A DNA stretch of 45,834 nt from Desulfobacterales bacterium (lineage in GTDB: Bacteria > Desulfobacterota > Desulfobacteria > Desulfobacterales > JAHEIW01). Positions 23,571 through 35,899 of the stretch are shown here, piece by piece (within the stretch, counting starts at the first letter, position 1; each line of letters opens with the position of its first letter). The notes beneath the pieces were generated by a model. It was not told where the DNA came from. It was given only the letters and a program-made list of their open reading frames with translations, and did no database searches. The DNA lies in NCBI GenBank assembly GCA_050122795.1, contig JASFIG010000001.1:1-45834 (forward strand). The letters run 5' to 3'. The position numbers were made by a program, and so were the translations under genes.

Positions 23571-26255
23571 GTGAACATGACCATCCGCAAAAAAATGATC
23601 CTGATTCTGCTGGCATGTACGATCGTGCCGATGTGTTTTGTCGGTCTGCTTGGATACTATCATGCCAGGAAAAGTCTGGAATCCCTGAGGATAGAGCAGC
23701 TGAGAAGTATTGCCGACCTCAAGGCCGTGCGGATCAATGATTTTTACGTCGATCAGCAAAGACACATCAAGATGGCGCAGCAACGCCCCACTCTAAAAAA
23801 ATATGCCGCTGTTGCGGCAGAATTTGCGAATGACTTTTCCGGCCCGGCCTATGAAACCATCCAGGATGAACTGGACCAAGCACTGCGCATCTACCAGCCG
23901 CTTTATGATTTCAAAAATGTCATTCTGGCAAACCCTGAGAGTCAAATCGTTTACGTTTTGGAGCGATCTTTAAGCTGGCAAATGCTGGGTCAGGCCCTGC
24001 CGGATTTGTGGCGGGAATCATTTCAGGATGCCCCTGACCGAATCCAACTTTCAGATGTTGTGGCAAGTCAAAACCAGGCCGGCAGATTTTCGATGTTCTT
24101 CCTGGCACCGATCCAATCTGATGGCGGGCAGTTGGTCGGGGTGGCTGTGTTTGAATCCGACATGGCGCCGATTTACGATCTCATTCAAGATGCGACCGGG
24201 TTGGGAAATACCGGCGAAACTTTAATTGCCAGAAAAAATGGCGATCAAGCCCTGTTTCTTAATCCCCTTCGTCATGATCCCGATGCAGCCTTAAAAAGAA
24301 AGATTGACTTTGGAGAAAAACAAGCCATCCCTATTCAAGAGGCCCTCAAAGGCAACAATGGAAGTGGAATATCTGTGGACTACCGCGGGCAGGAAGTTAT
24401 CGCAGCCTGGCGCTATATTCCATCACTGGATTGGGGGATGGTGGCCAAGATCGATATTGCGGAGGCCTTTGAACCCGTTACCGCGCTGCGAGATTTTGTT
24501 CTCATCCTTGGCATTGCAGTCATTGTGCTCAGCATCTTTGTTGCATATATGGTTGCCAAGTCCATTTCTGATCCGATTCAAGCCCTGCAGCAAGGCGTGG
24601 TAGAAGTCGGTCGAGGCAATTTAGGCCACAAAGTCGCAACTGACGCCAAGGATGAAATCGGACAGCTGGGGCGAACATTCGACCAAATGACCGAACAGCT
24701 AAAGGCAGTGACGGCTTCAAGGGATGAATTGGATAGAGAAATAAAAAAACGCAGGAAGGTTGAGAAAGAACTCCAAAAAAGTATGAATGAGGTGGGCGAG
24801 CGGATCAAAGAGCTGAATTGCCTTTTTGAGATATCCCGTCTGGTGGAAAAACGAGAGCTGACTTTAGAGGAAATCCTCCAGGGCCTCGTTGATCTCATTC
24901 CACCGGCCTTTCAGTACCCGGAAATAACCTGTGCCGAAATTATGATAGAAAATCAAAAATTCAGCACCGGTAATTTTGAAAAAACTCAATGGATGCTTAG
25001 CCAACATATTGTAATATTTAAAAATACAGTTGGAACTTTAGCTGTTTATTATCTCGATGAAAGACCGCAAAGTGATGAAGGGCCTTTTTTAGAGGAAGAA
25101 AGAAATTTGGTCAATACGATTGCTGAACGAATTGGACGAATTATAGAGCGTAATCGAGCTCAAACAGCTTTAGTCGAAAGCGAGAAACGCTTTCGGCAAT
25201 TAGTGGAACATTCCTTAACGGGCATATCGATCATTCAAGATGGCCACATCGTTTATCAGAACCCTGAACAGGAAAGGCTACTGGGTCCCTTACCGCGGCC
25301 GATCAAATTTGCAGACACGGACTCTATCCACCCGGACGATGTTGAAAAAGTAAATCAATTTTATCAAAGCATCAGCACAGGCAAGTTGCCCATTGGCGTT
25401 ACGGATTTCAGATTTTATCCATCCGGCGGAAAAATCAGCCACAGCAATATGAAATGGGTCCACTGCCAGGCCAGCCGGATCGAATTTCAGGGAAAAGATG
25501 CGATGTTGGTCAATATGATGGATATGACCAAAACCAAAGAGCTGGAATATCTTTTGACCGTCCAGGATAAGATGGCTTCTTTGGGCCGGGTGGCAGCCGG
25601 GATCGCACATGAAATTCGCAACCCGCTTTCAGGAATCAATATCTATCTAAACACGCTTAAAAAGCTTCACCACCGGGAGGGAACGGAAGAAAAGGTTGAG
25701 CAAATATTGAATCAAATTCAATCGGCTTCTATAAAAATTGAATCCGTAATTCGCAGGGTCATGGATTTCGCCAAACCCGGCGAACCGAAGTTGGAGTTAA
25801 TTGATATTAATGAACCCATCGCAGATGCGATCAACCTCACTGCAGTGACAATGCGTAAAAGTCGCATAAAAATTGAGAAGTCATTAGCAAATGACGTGCC
25901 GCGATCGCATGCTGATAGAAATCTAATCGAAGAGATCGTTTTAAACCTGTTGAACAACGCTGTCGAAGCCATGAAAGGCATGGAAGTGAGTAAAAAGATT
26001 GACATTGCATCGTTTACAGAAGGCGGGCACATTATTATCCAGATCTCTGATTCAGGCCCGGGTGTTCCGCTAGAAATCAGGAATAAAATATTCGACCCGT
26101 ATTTTACCACGAAACACGAAGGTACCGGTATCGGTCTGAGTTTATGTCACCGAATCATCAACGATCATGGTGGAACCTTAACTGTAGCGGACAGCCATTT
26201 AGGGGGAGCGGAGTTTCGGGTCGAAATTCCGATTCAAAAAAAAGCGAACACCTAA
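23571..26255 (+). CDS. Multi-domain sensor histidine kinase (TM, periplasmic double-Cache-like domain, TM, HAMP, GAF-like, PAS, HisKA, HATPase)
   Basis: 894 aa. The start may be GTG 23571 or ATG 23577. TM helices at ~aa 9-30 and ~310-330 flank a ~280-aa periplasmic domain. HAMP (DEIGQLGRTFDQMTEQL). PAS (ESEKRFRQLVEHSLTGISIIQDG). NtrB-type H-box AAGIAHEIRNPLSGI. HATPase motifs LLNNAVEA, DSGPGV, GTGIGLSLC. Confidence 0.85.
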   Translation: MNMTIRKKMILILLACTIVPMCFVGLLGYYHARKSLESLRIEQLRSIADLKAVRINDFYVDQQRHIKMAQQRPTLKKYAAVAAEFANDFSGPAYETIQDELDQALRIYQPLYDFKNVILANPESQIVYVLERSLSWQMLGQALPDLWRESFQDAPDRIQLSDVVASQNQAGRFSMFFLAPIQSDGGQLVGVAVFESDMAPIYDLIQDATGLGNTGETLIARKNGDQALFLNPLRHDPDAALKRKIDFGEKQAIPIQEALKGNNGSGISVDYRGQEVIAAWRYIPSLDWGMVAKIDIAEAFEPVTALRDFVLILGIAVIVLSIFVAYMVAKSISDPIQALQQGVVEVGRGNLGHKVATDAKDEIGQLGRTFDQMTEQLKAVTASRDELDREIKKRRKVEKELQKSMNEVGERIKELNCLFEISRLVEKRELTLEEILQGLVDLIPPAFQYPEITCAEIMIENQKFSTGNFEKTQWMLSQHIVIFKNTVGTLAVYYLDERPQSDEGPFLEEERNLVNTIAERIGRIIERNRAQTALVESEKRFRQLVEHSLTGISIIQDGHIVYQNPEQERLLGPLPRPIKFADTDSIHPDDVEKVNQFYQSISTGKLPIGVTDFRFYPSGGKISHSNMKWVHCQASRIEFQGKDAMLVNMMDMTKTKELEYLLTVQDKMASLGRVAAGIAHEIRNPLSGINIYLNTLKKLHHREGTEEKVEQILNQIQSASIKIESVIRRVMDFAKPGEPKLELIDINEPIADAINLTAVTMRKSRIKIEKSLANDVPRSHADRNLIEEIVLNLLNNAVEAMKGMEVSKKIDIASFTEGGHIIIQISDSGPGVPLEIRNKIFDPYFTTKHEGTGIGLSLCHRIINDHGGTLTVADSHLGGAEFRVEIPIQKKANT

Positions 26256-26282
26256 CCGCTTTCCAAAAACCAGGAGTAAGTG

Positions 26283-27671
26283 ATGATTAAATTTTCTATA
26301 TATGTCATAGATGACGAGCAAACCATACGGGATGGCATCACGATGACCCTTGAGGCCGACTATCGTGTAAAATCTTTTTCTGAGGCGGAACCCGCTATCG
26401 ATTCTTTAGAAGAGGATTCCCCGGATCTGATCTTGCTGGATGTGGGGTTACCGGGGATGGATGGAATTGAGGCCCTCCGTCAAATTAAATCATCACATCC
26501 GGATATTCTGGTCATCATGATCACCGCCTATGAAGCAGTCGATACAGTAATATCGGCTATGAAACTGGGTGCCTACGACTATGTGATCAAGCCGCTTCAT
26601 ATGGACGGATTGGAGGTCACCATACGCAATGCCCTGGATTCCATACGACTTAAAAAGGAAATTCAACAGCTCCAGGAAAAGCATCTCCAAGAAAACATCC
26701 CGTGTTTTATCAGTGAAAGCAATGCCATTCAGGATGTGATGGACTTTGTCCAGATGGTGGCCAAAAGCCCGGACACCCCGGTGCTCATCATGGGTGAAAC
26801 CGGCACCGGCAAAGAACTCATTGCCAGCGCCATTCACTATTATAGCCCGAATTTTAAGGCCCCATTTGCCACCGTGAATTGCGCGGCCATCCCCAAAGAT
26901 CTGATTGAAAGTGAGCTATTTGGCTACGAAAAAGGGGCTTTCAGCGGTGCGGGCGCATCCGGCAAAAAAGGCTTAATCGAAGAATCGGCTAACGGCACCT
27001 TGTTTTTGGATGAAATTGGCGATCTTAGCCTTGAAGCCCAGGCCAAGCTGCTGCGGTTTCTCGAGCTCGGTGAGTTTTACAGAGTCGGAGGAACGAAAAA
27101 AAAGCATATTCAAACCCGTGTGATTTCTGCCACCAACAAGGAACTCAGCCAATTGATCGAGGACGGCCTATTTCGAAAAGACCTGTATTTTAGGCTCGGG
27201 GTGATTAAAGTCAAGGTGCCGTCTTTAAACGAGCGGCCAGACGATATTGGGCCCCTAGCAAAATATTTTCTTCAGGAATTCAGCCATAAGTTTGGTAAAA
27301 AATTTACCGGAATCTCCGCTGATGCCGGAAACGCTTTACTGGCTCACAACTGGACCGGTAACGTGAGAGAATTGAAAAATCTCATGGAGGCGGCGGCCCT
27401 GACGGGCAAAGGACCGGAACTCAAATTAGAGGATCTGGGATTGGAATCTGAAAATCTGTATCGTAAGTCGGCTGCAGCCAGAAATGCGGATGGGCTTTCC
27501 CCTCTGCCTGCTGAAGGTCTTGATTTATCCGAGCGGCTTCAAGCTTTTGAAAGGCACTATATCAAACAGGCCCTTAAAATTGCTAAAGGCAATGAGAGCA
27601 AGGCCGCCAAACTGTTAAATATGAATCATCATACATTTCGTTATCGCAGGAAAAAATTGTTTGCTGAATAA
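26283..27671 (+). CDS. sigma54-dependent response regulator (NtrC family: REC, AAA+, Fis-type HTH)
   Basis: REC motifs IYVIDDE and DLILLDVGLPGMDG. AAA+ motifs GETGTGKE, GAFSGA (a GAFTGA variant), LFLDEIG, RVISATN. HTH GNESKAAKLLNMNHHTFRYRRKKL. CAGGAG RBS. Confidence 0.9.
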   Translation: MIKFSIYVIDDEQTIRDGITMTLEADYRVKSFSEAEPAIDSLEEDSPDLILLDVGLPGMDGIEALRQIKSSHPDILVIMITAYEAVDTVISAMKLGAYDYVIKPLHMDGLEVTIRNALDSIRLKKEIQQLQEKHLQENIPCFISESNAIQDVMDFVQMVAKSPDTPVLIMGETGTGKELIASAIHYYSPNFKAPFATVNCAAIPKDLIESELFGYEKGAFSGAGASGKKGLIEESANGTLFLDEIGDLSLEAQAKLLRFLELGEFYRVGGTKKKHIQTRVISATNKELSQLIEDGLFRKDLYFRLGVIKVKVPSLNERPDDIGPLAKYFLQEFSHKFGKKFTGISADAGNALLAHNWTGNVRELKNLMEAAALTGKGPELKLEDLGLESENLYRKSAAARNADGLSPLPAEGLDLSERLQAFERHYIKQALKIAKGNESKAAKLLNMNHHTFRYRRKKLFAE

Positions 27672-27777
27672 CGATATCAATAATCATCATCTTTTTTGTT
27701 GTCTTATTTCCGATATCTTTGGTTTCTTTCATATACCTCTCATATCCCCAAGTCGATCTATAATTTTCCTCAATCGC

Positions 27778-27814
27778 TTTTTTTGAAATCTTAAAAAAGT
27801 CATCTTCGAAATTC
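27778..27814 (+). promoter_or_regulatory. Candidate enhancer (UAS) for the 27906 promoter
   Basis: TTTTTTTGAAATCTTAAAAAAGTCATCTTCGAAATTC. This is a degenerate version of the tripartite element. The TTCGAAATT core at 27805-27813 lies ~100 bp from the -24 GG. Confidence 0.4.
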
Positions 27815-27905
27815 TTCTAATTTGTAATCTTTTATCAATTTATCCGAAGAGACAAAAAAAAAATAAGACAATAAATTTATTACAAATTTTATCATAGCTG
27901 TTTAT

Positions 27906-27921
27906 TGGCATGTTATATGCT
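27906..27921 (+). promoter_or_regulatory. sigma54 promoter upstream of the universal stress protein gene
   Basis: TGGCATGTTATATGCT has canonical GG/GC spacing. It lies 116 nt upstream of ATG 28037. Confidence 0.55.
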
Positions 27922-28036
27922 TCTAAAAAATTAGAGCGACTCTTTTAAAGGTCTATCTAATATATGGCAAAGGAAAAGCGGAGAGAACTCTGGAAAAAAT
28001 TATATCTTAAAAAGGAAACCAGAACCGAATAACCAA

Positions 28037-28549
28037 ATGGCTTCTCACCTTCATAGAATGCTTTATGCTACGGATCTTTCCGCAGCCTCAATAGATTCAT
28101 TTCAGTACGTCCTTAATTATGCCGCCAAAAACAATTCAGCCTTGATCGTATTTCACGTAGTCAATCAAAGATCGATTACCTGTTCGAAGATACTGGCCAC
28201 TTTCTACAATGAGGGTGACGAGCACAAAATTCGACAAGAAAAAGTCAACGCTGCATTAAAGTGTATGAAAACTCTTCTGGAGCTGCAACGTCAAAAAGAG
28301 CTTCATAATCCTTTCGAGCACGTGAATACGATTGAATACCTGGTTGTTCATTATGGAAGGATCGCACAAGAAATTGTTGAAAAAGCCCATCAGTGGGGAT
28401 GCGATTTTATTATCCTGGGGCCCCGCAGAAAGCGGTTATTCGGACGGTTCCTACTTCCCAGTATATCGCGAAAAGTGATCCGTAGAACCGATAAGCCGGT
28501 GCATGTCGTAAAGAGGTCAAAAAAGAAAAGCGATGATTTGCGCCATTAA
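28037..28549 (+). CDS. Universal stress protein (UspA family)
   Basis: 170 aa. Usp-like pattern MLYATDLS...ALIVFHVV...DFIILGPRRK...VIRRTDKPVHVV. Basic C-terminal tail. Confidence 0.75.
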   Translation: MASHLHRMLYATDLSAASIDSFQYVLNYAAKNNSALIVFHVVNQRSITCSKILATFYNEGDEHKIRQEKVNAALKCMKTLLELQRQKELHNPFEHVNTIEYLVVHYGRIAQEIVEKAHQWGCDFIILGPRRKRLFGRFLLPSISRKVIRRTDKPVHVVKRSKKKSDDLRH

Positions 28550-28554
28550 AAACC

Positions 28555-28603
28555 TTCTTTTCGAAATTTTCCTACCTAAGCCTTCGCAATTTTTCAAAAT
28601 TTC
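28555..28603 (+). promoter_or_regulatory. Candidate enhancer (UAS) for the 28683 promoter
   Basis: TTCTTTTCGAAATTTTCCTACCTAAGCCTTCGCAATTTTTCAAAATTTC. The TTCGAAATTTT and TTCGCAATTTTT cores are 23 bp apart. The nearer one is ~99 bp from the -24 GG. Confidence 0.45.
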
Positions 28604-28682
28604 ATTTCCCAAGTTCTCCAATACAAACGGGTAGAAATTCTAACCATACAGAATCATGTTACTTTTTAGCACATGATCTTCA

Positions 28683-28698
28683 TGGCACATTTTATGCT
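28683..28698 (+). promoter_or_regulatory. sigma54 promoter upstream of the PFOR gene
   Basis: TGGCACATTTTATGCT, 40 nt upstream of ATG 28738. Confidence 0.6.
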
Positions 28699-28713
28699 CC
28701 TAAATAACTCTAA

Positions 28714-32280
<3,567 letters not shown>

Positions 32281-32463
32281 TATGAAAATTTGGGTGGTCC
32301 GTATTGGCGGTTGGATTCTATCCGTTGTTTATTGGTTATGCGGAATTAAATACTGGGATTTATTCGGTGGCCGCCAAAATGATGATCGGTCAAATCACAG
32401 AATCCGCAAATTAAATGATAATCGTTTAAGATAGCCATACCATTCAAAAGGAGAAGATCCTTT

Positions 32464-32709
32464 ATGGCGTTTAAATTTCAAATTGACGAAGATCGGTGTA
32501 AGGGATGCGGGCTGTGTGTAAGTGTATGCCCTAAAAAAGTTTTGGAAATTTCCGAAAATGTGAACGCTAGGGGTTACTTTCCGGTCTATCAGGCGCGACC
32601 GGAAGATTGTAATTTCTGCGCGCTGTGCTGCGTGATGTGTCCGGATGTAGCGATCGAAATTATTGAAATCGCGGAAGAGGCGCCTTCAAAAACAAAAGAA
32701 GCTGCTTGA
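32464..32709 (+). CDS. 2x[4Fe-4S] ferredoxin-type delta subunit of 2-oxoacid:ferredoxin oxidoreductase
   Basis: 81 aa. CKGCGLCVSVCP and CNFCALCCVMCP. AAGGAG RBS. Confidence 0.8.
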   Translation: MAFKFQIDEDRCKGCGLCVSVCPKKVLEISENVNARGYFPVYQARPEDCNFCALCCVMCPDVAIEIIEIAEEAPSKTKEAA

Positions 32710-32790
32710 AACCAGAAACAGGTAAAATAGAATACGTTATAATGGATCAATACAGCGAAGGGACTTTGATTTACGTTAATGGGGGATAGA

Positions 32791-33861
32791 ATGGGCAAAG
32801 TATTAATGAAGGGTAACGAAGCCATCGGTGAGGCCGCCATCCGGGCAGGCTGCTCGAACTATTTCGCTTATCCCATCACGCCACAATCAGAGGTGGCCGA
32901 ATACTTATCCCGGCGTCTGCCGGAAATCAACGGCGTGTTTTTACAAGGTGAAAGTGAAGTGGCTGTATCCTATATGATCTTTGGTGCTGCTGCCTGTGGC
33001 GAAAGGGTTTTTACCACCTCATCGAGTCCGGGCATCAGTCTAATGAGTGAAGGCATCAGTTATATCACGTCGGCCGAGTGCCCGGCGGTATTTGTCAATA
33101 TTATGCGGGGCGGACCGGGATTGGGTGGCATTCTTCCTTCCCAGGCCGATTATTTTCAGGCAACCAAAGGCGGCGGTCATGGCGACTATAAGCTGCTGGT
33201 TATGGCGCCGGCCAGTGTCCAGGAAGCTGTTGAGATGGTCATGCAAGCCTTTCCGCTGGCTGAAAAATATCGCAACCCGGTGATGATCCTGGGGGATGGT
33301 CTGATCGGCCAGATGATGGAGCCGGTGGAGTTTCCCGAGCACCTCAAGAGTGAACCGACCAACAAAGACAGCTGGGCCACCAACGGGATGGCCACCCGCA
33401 AGAGCACCAAACGCAATCTGGTTAAAACACTTTATTTAAATCCTGAGGAGCTCAATGATCATAATCTTAAATTAAAAGCCAAATATGAAAAGATGGCATG
33501 TGAGGAGATTCGTTACGAAACCTATAACGTGGAAAGAGATTATCAGGTACTTATTGTGAGTTACGGTACCATGAGCCGGGTGTGCCGAACAGCCGTTGAT
33601 AATTTGCAGGAAGAAGGGCTTGAAGTCGGGATGATCAGGCCCCAGCATCTTTTTCCTTTCCCGCAGGAGGCCATTTTACAGGCCGCCTGCAAAAAGAGCT
33701 GCGACGCCGTTTTGGGTGTTGAGATGTCGATGGGGCAAATGGTTGAGGATATCGAGCGCAGCGTTAAAGGAAAGCGCCCGGTGCGCTGGTATGGAAAATG
33801 CGGCGGTGACGTTCCGACACCTGAGGAGGTCATGGAGGAGATCCGTAAATTGGTCAAATAG
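32791..33861 (+). CDS. 2-oxoacid:ferredoxin oxidoreductase alpha subunit
   Basis: Start chosen at ATG 32791 (MGKVLMKGNEAIGEAAIRAGC...YPITPQSE), a typical Kor/Vor/PorA N-terminus. Confidence 0.85.
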   Translation: MGKVLMKGNEAIGEAAIRAGCSNYFAYPITPQSEVAEYLSRRLPEINGVFLQGESEVAVSYMIFGAAACGERVFTTSSSPGISLMSEGISYITSAECPAVFVNIMRGGPGLGGILPSQADYFQATKGGGHGDYKLLVMAPASVQEAVEMVMQAFPLAEKYRNPVMILGDGLIGQMMEPVEFPEHLKSEPTNKDSWATNGMATRKSTKRNLVKTLYLNPEELNDHNLKLKAKYEKMACEEIRYETYNVERDYQVLIVSYGTMSRVCRTAVDNLQEEGLEVGMIRPQHLFPFPQEAILQAACKKSCDAVLGVEMSMGQMVEDIERSVKGKRPVRWYGKCGGDVPTPEEVMEEIRKLVK

Positions 33862-33973
33862 TTAAATGGTCGACGGGTTGAATTAATTTAAAGTTTAACC
33901 ATCTGTCCTTTTTATATCAAACGAATTAACCAGTTGACCATTCAACCGATTGACTGAACATAGGAGAAAATAA

Positions 33974-34741
33974 ATGGGAAAAACATATCAGAAACCCAAA
34001 GCGCTCTCCCATCGGATGACCCATTACTGTCCGGGCTGCACCCATGGTGTGGCGCACCGGTTGGTCGCTGAAGTTATTGACGAGTTGAATATCCGGGACC
34101 GCACGGTGGGTATCGCCCCGGTGGGCTGCGCCGTTTTAGCCTATGAGTATTTTACGTTTGATTTTCAGGAAGCTGCCCACGGCCGGGCCCCGGCCATGGC
34201 TACCGGCATCAAACGGGTTCGACCCGATCTGATGGTGTTTACCTATCAGGGGGATGGGGATCTGGCGAGCATTGGAACTTCAGAAATTATCCATGCGGCC
34301 AACCGGGGTGAAAAGTTTACGGTCATCTTTATCAATAATGCAGTTTATGGAATGACCGGCGGACAGATGGCGCCGACGACATTGCCGCAGCAAAAAACAA
34401 CAACGTCACCTCAGGGGCGAAATGTAGACGAGGTGGGGATGCCCATGAAAATGGCTGAAGTGCTTGCTGCCCTGGAAACACCGGGATATATCGCCCGGCA
34501 ATCGCTCATCAAACCTAAATACATTGTCAAAGCAAAGAAAGCCATTAAGAAGGCCTTTACCTGCCAGGTGCAGCATCGAAGTTTTAGCTTCGTCGAATTG
34601 ATCAGCACCTGTCCGACCAACTGGGGAATGATACCGGTAGAAGCAGTCAAATGGGCCGAAGAGAACATGCATGCGTATTATCCATTGGGCGAGTACAAGA
34701 CGCCTGAGAAAGCGACTGAACCGCAAAAGCGTGCTGCTTAG
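33974..34741 (+). CDS. 2-oxoacid:ferredoxin oxidoreductase beta (TPP-binding) subunit
   Basis: 255 aa. YCPGCTHG, and GDGD...NNAVYGMTGGQ (TPP-binding motif). Confidence 0.85.
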   Translation: MGKTYQKPKALSHRMTHYCPGCTHGVAHRLVAEVIDELNIRDRTVGIAPVGCAVLAYEYFTFDFQEAAHGRAPAMATGIKRVRPDLMVFTYQGDGDLASIGTSEIIHAANRGEKFTVIFINNAVYGMTGGQMAPTTLPQQKTTTSPQGRNVDEVGMPMKMAEVLAALETPGYIARQSLIKPKYIVKAKKAIKKAFTCQVQHRSFSFVELISTCPTNWGMIPVEAVKWAEENMHAYYPLGEYKTPEKATEPQKRAA

Positions 34742-34816
34742 CGCAACTGAAAGAAGTTGTTCTTTTTACAGCCGTAATGAACGATCCGCTATCAGCTCAA
34801 ATGGGGAGGCAATCCG

Positions 34817-35347
34817 ATGCAAAGTGAAGTGAAATTTGCCGGATTTGGTGGCCAGGGCATCATGTTAATCGGCAAGATCCTTGCGCATGCAGAAATGCAG
34901 GCCGGATCCGAAGTCGTTTGGATCCCGTCATACGGTCCAGAAATGCGTGGCGGAACGGCCTATTGCACAGTGGTCTCCAGTGACCGGCCCATCGGCTCAC
35001 CGATTATTCAAAATCCACAGCATCTGGTGGCCATGAACCGCCCCTCTCTTGAAAAATTTGCACCCGCGGTGAAACCCGGGGGCGTCATATTTATCAACAG
35101 CTCATTAATCTCCATTCATTCCGGGCGCAACGATGTGGATGAATTTAGCGTCCCGATCATCGGCATTGCCAAGGATTTGGGGAATGTCAAAGTTGCCAAT
35201 ATCGTGGCGCTGGGTGCCTTTGTTGCCCGCAGTAAAATTGTCGATTTCGATTTGCTAAAGGATTCTGTCAGGGATGAATTTTCGGGTAAAAGAAAGCTGA
35301 TACCCATCAATCTGGAGGCTTTAGAGAAAGGCCGCCAGGCGGCTTAG
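34817..35347 (+). CDS. 2-oxoacid:ferredoxin oxidoreductase gamma subunit
   Basis: 176 aa. FAGFGGQGIMLIGKILA...YGPEMRGGTA, a typical gamma-subunit motif. Confidence 0.85.
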   Translation: MQSEVKFAGFGGQGIMLIGKILAHAEMQAGSEVVWIPSYGPEMRGGTAYCTVVSSDRPIGSPIIQNPQHLVAMNRPSLEKFAPAVKPGGVIFINSSLISIHSGRNDVDEFSVPIIGIAKDLGNVKVANIVALGAFVARSKIVDFDLLKDSVRDEFSGKRKLIPINLEALEKGRQAA

Positions 35348-35365
35348 AAACAAAAGAAATAAGGG

Positions 35366-35632
35366 ATGGTAAAGATGAAATTATCGGTGTGTGGTAAAGG
35401 TGGCAGCGGTAAAAATAGCGTCGTATGCCTTCTGTCGGCTGCGGCTCAAGCGAAAGGATTGAAGACGCTTGTGATCGATTCTGATGAATCCAACTCCGGG
35501 CTCTTTCGAATGCTGGGATTTAGCAAACCCCCGATTCCGCTGATGAGCCTGGTAGGAGGAAAAACAGGGATTAAAGATAAAATGAACCAGACGTCTATCC
35601 TATCTGAAAAGGATATTACGCTGGAACAATGA
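35366..35632 (+). pseudogene. Truncated CooC/MinD-like P-loop ATPase (N-terminal 88 aa only, degenerate Walker A)
   Basis: KLSVCGKGGSGKNSVVCLLSAAAQAKGLKTLVIDSDESNSG resembles the first third of CooC-type ATPases. Asn replaces the Walker A Thr/Ser. The ORF stops where the AT-rich regulatory region begins. Confidence 0.45.
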
Positions 35633-35763
35633 AACCGGTTTTTATCATTCCATTGCCCTAAGAAGAAACGGGCAACACTTATATTTCTACTGACCCCATT
35701 ATTGATTTCATGCTGATCCTGCCAGGGTTTTAAATCATCCATCAGTCGTGGAACTCCTGTTCG

Positions 35764-35796
35764 TTCGAAATTTTGCGAAAAGATTTCGAAATTTTT
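35764..35796 (+). promoter_or_regulatory. Tripartite palindromic enhancer (UAS) for the 35884 promoter
   Basis: TTCGAAATTTTGCGAAAAGATTTCGAAATTTTT. In promoter-relative orientation it is almost identical to the element at 23448-23483. The nearest core is ~98 bp from the -24 GG. Confidence 0.55.
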
Positions 35797-35883
35797 CAAA
35801 TAATTTAGCGCAACTTGGGCTATTCGAAAATTTTTATAAGGATAAGTATATGAATTTATACAACTAAGTTAGATTTCATCTAA

Positions 35884-35899
35884 TGGCATAATTCATGCA
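35884..35899 (+). promoter_or_regulatory. sigma54 promoter for the GAF-kinase / activator operon
   Basis: TGGCATAATTCATGCA. Its -12 box overlaps the first in-frame ATG (35895) of the kinase ORF. Confidence 0.5.

Noticed and set aside
32281-32463. A sigma54 promoter or enhancer in front of the four-subunit OFOR genes
   Set aside because: There is no TGGCA-type site with correct spacing and no TTCGAAATTTT cores in this gap.
35630-35720. Read-through of the TGA that ends the CooC-like fragment
   Set aside because: The downstream frame closes again after 27 codons (NRFLSFHCPKKKRATLIFLL...) and has no CooC-like sequence. This is not a Sec site.
35446-35799. 117-aa minus-strand ORF
   Set aside because: It spans the CooC-like remnant in antisense and the enhancer region. 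It has no RBS or motifs.
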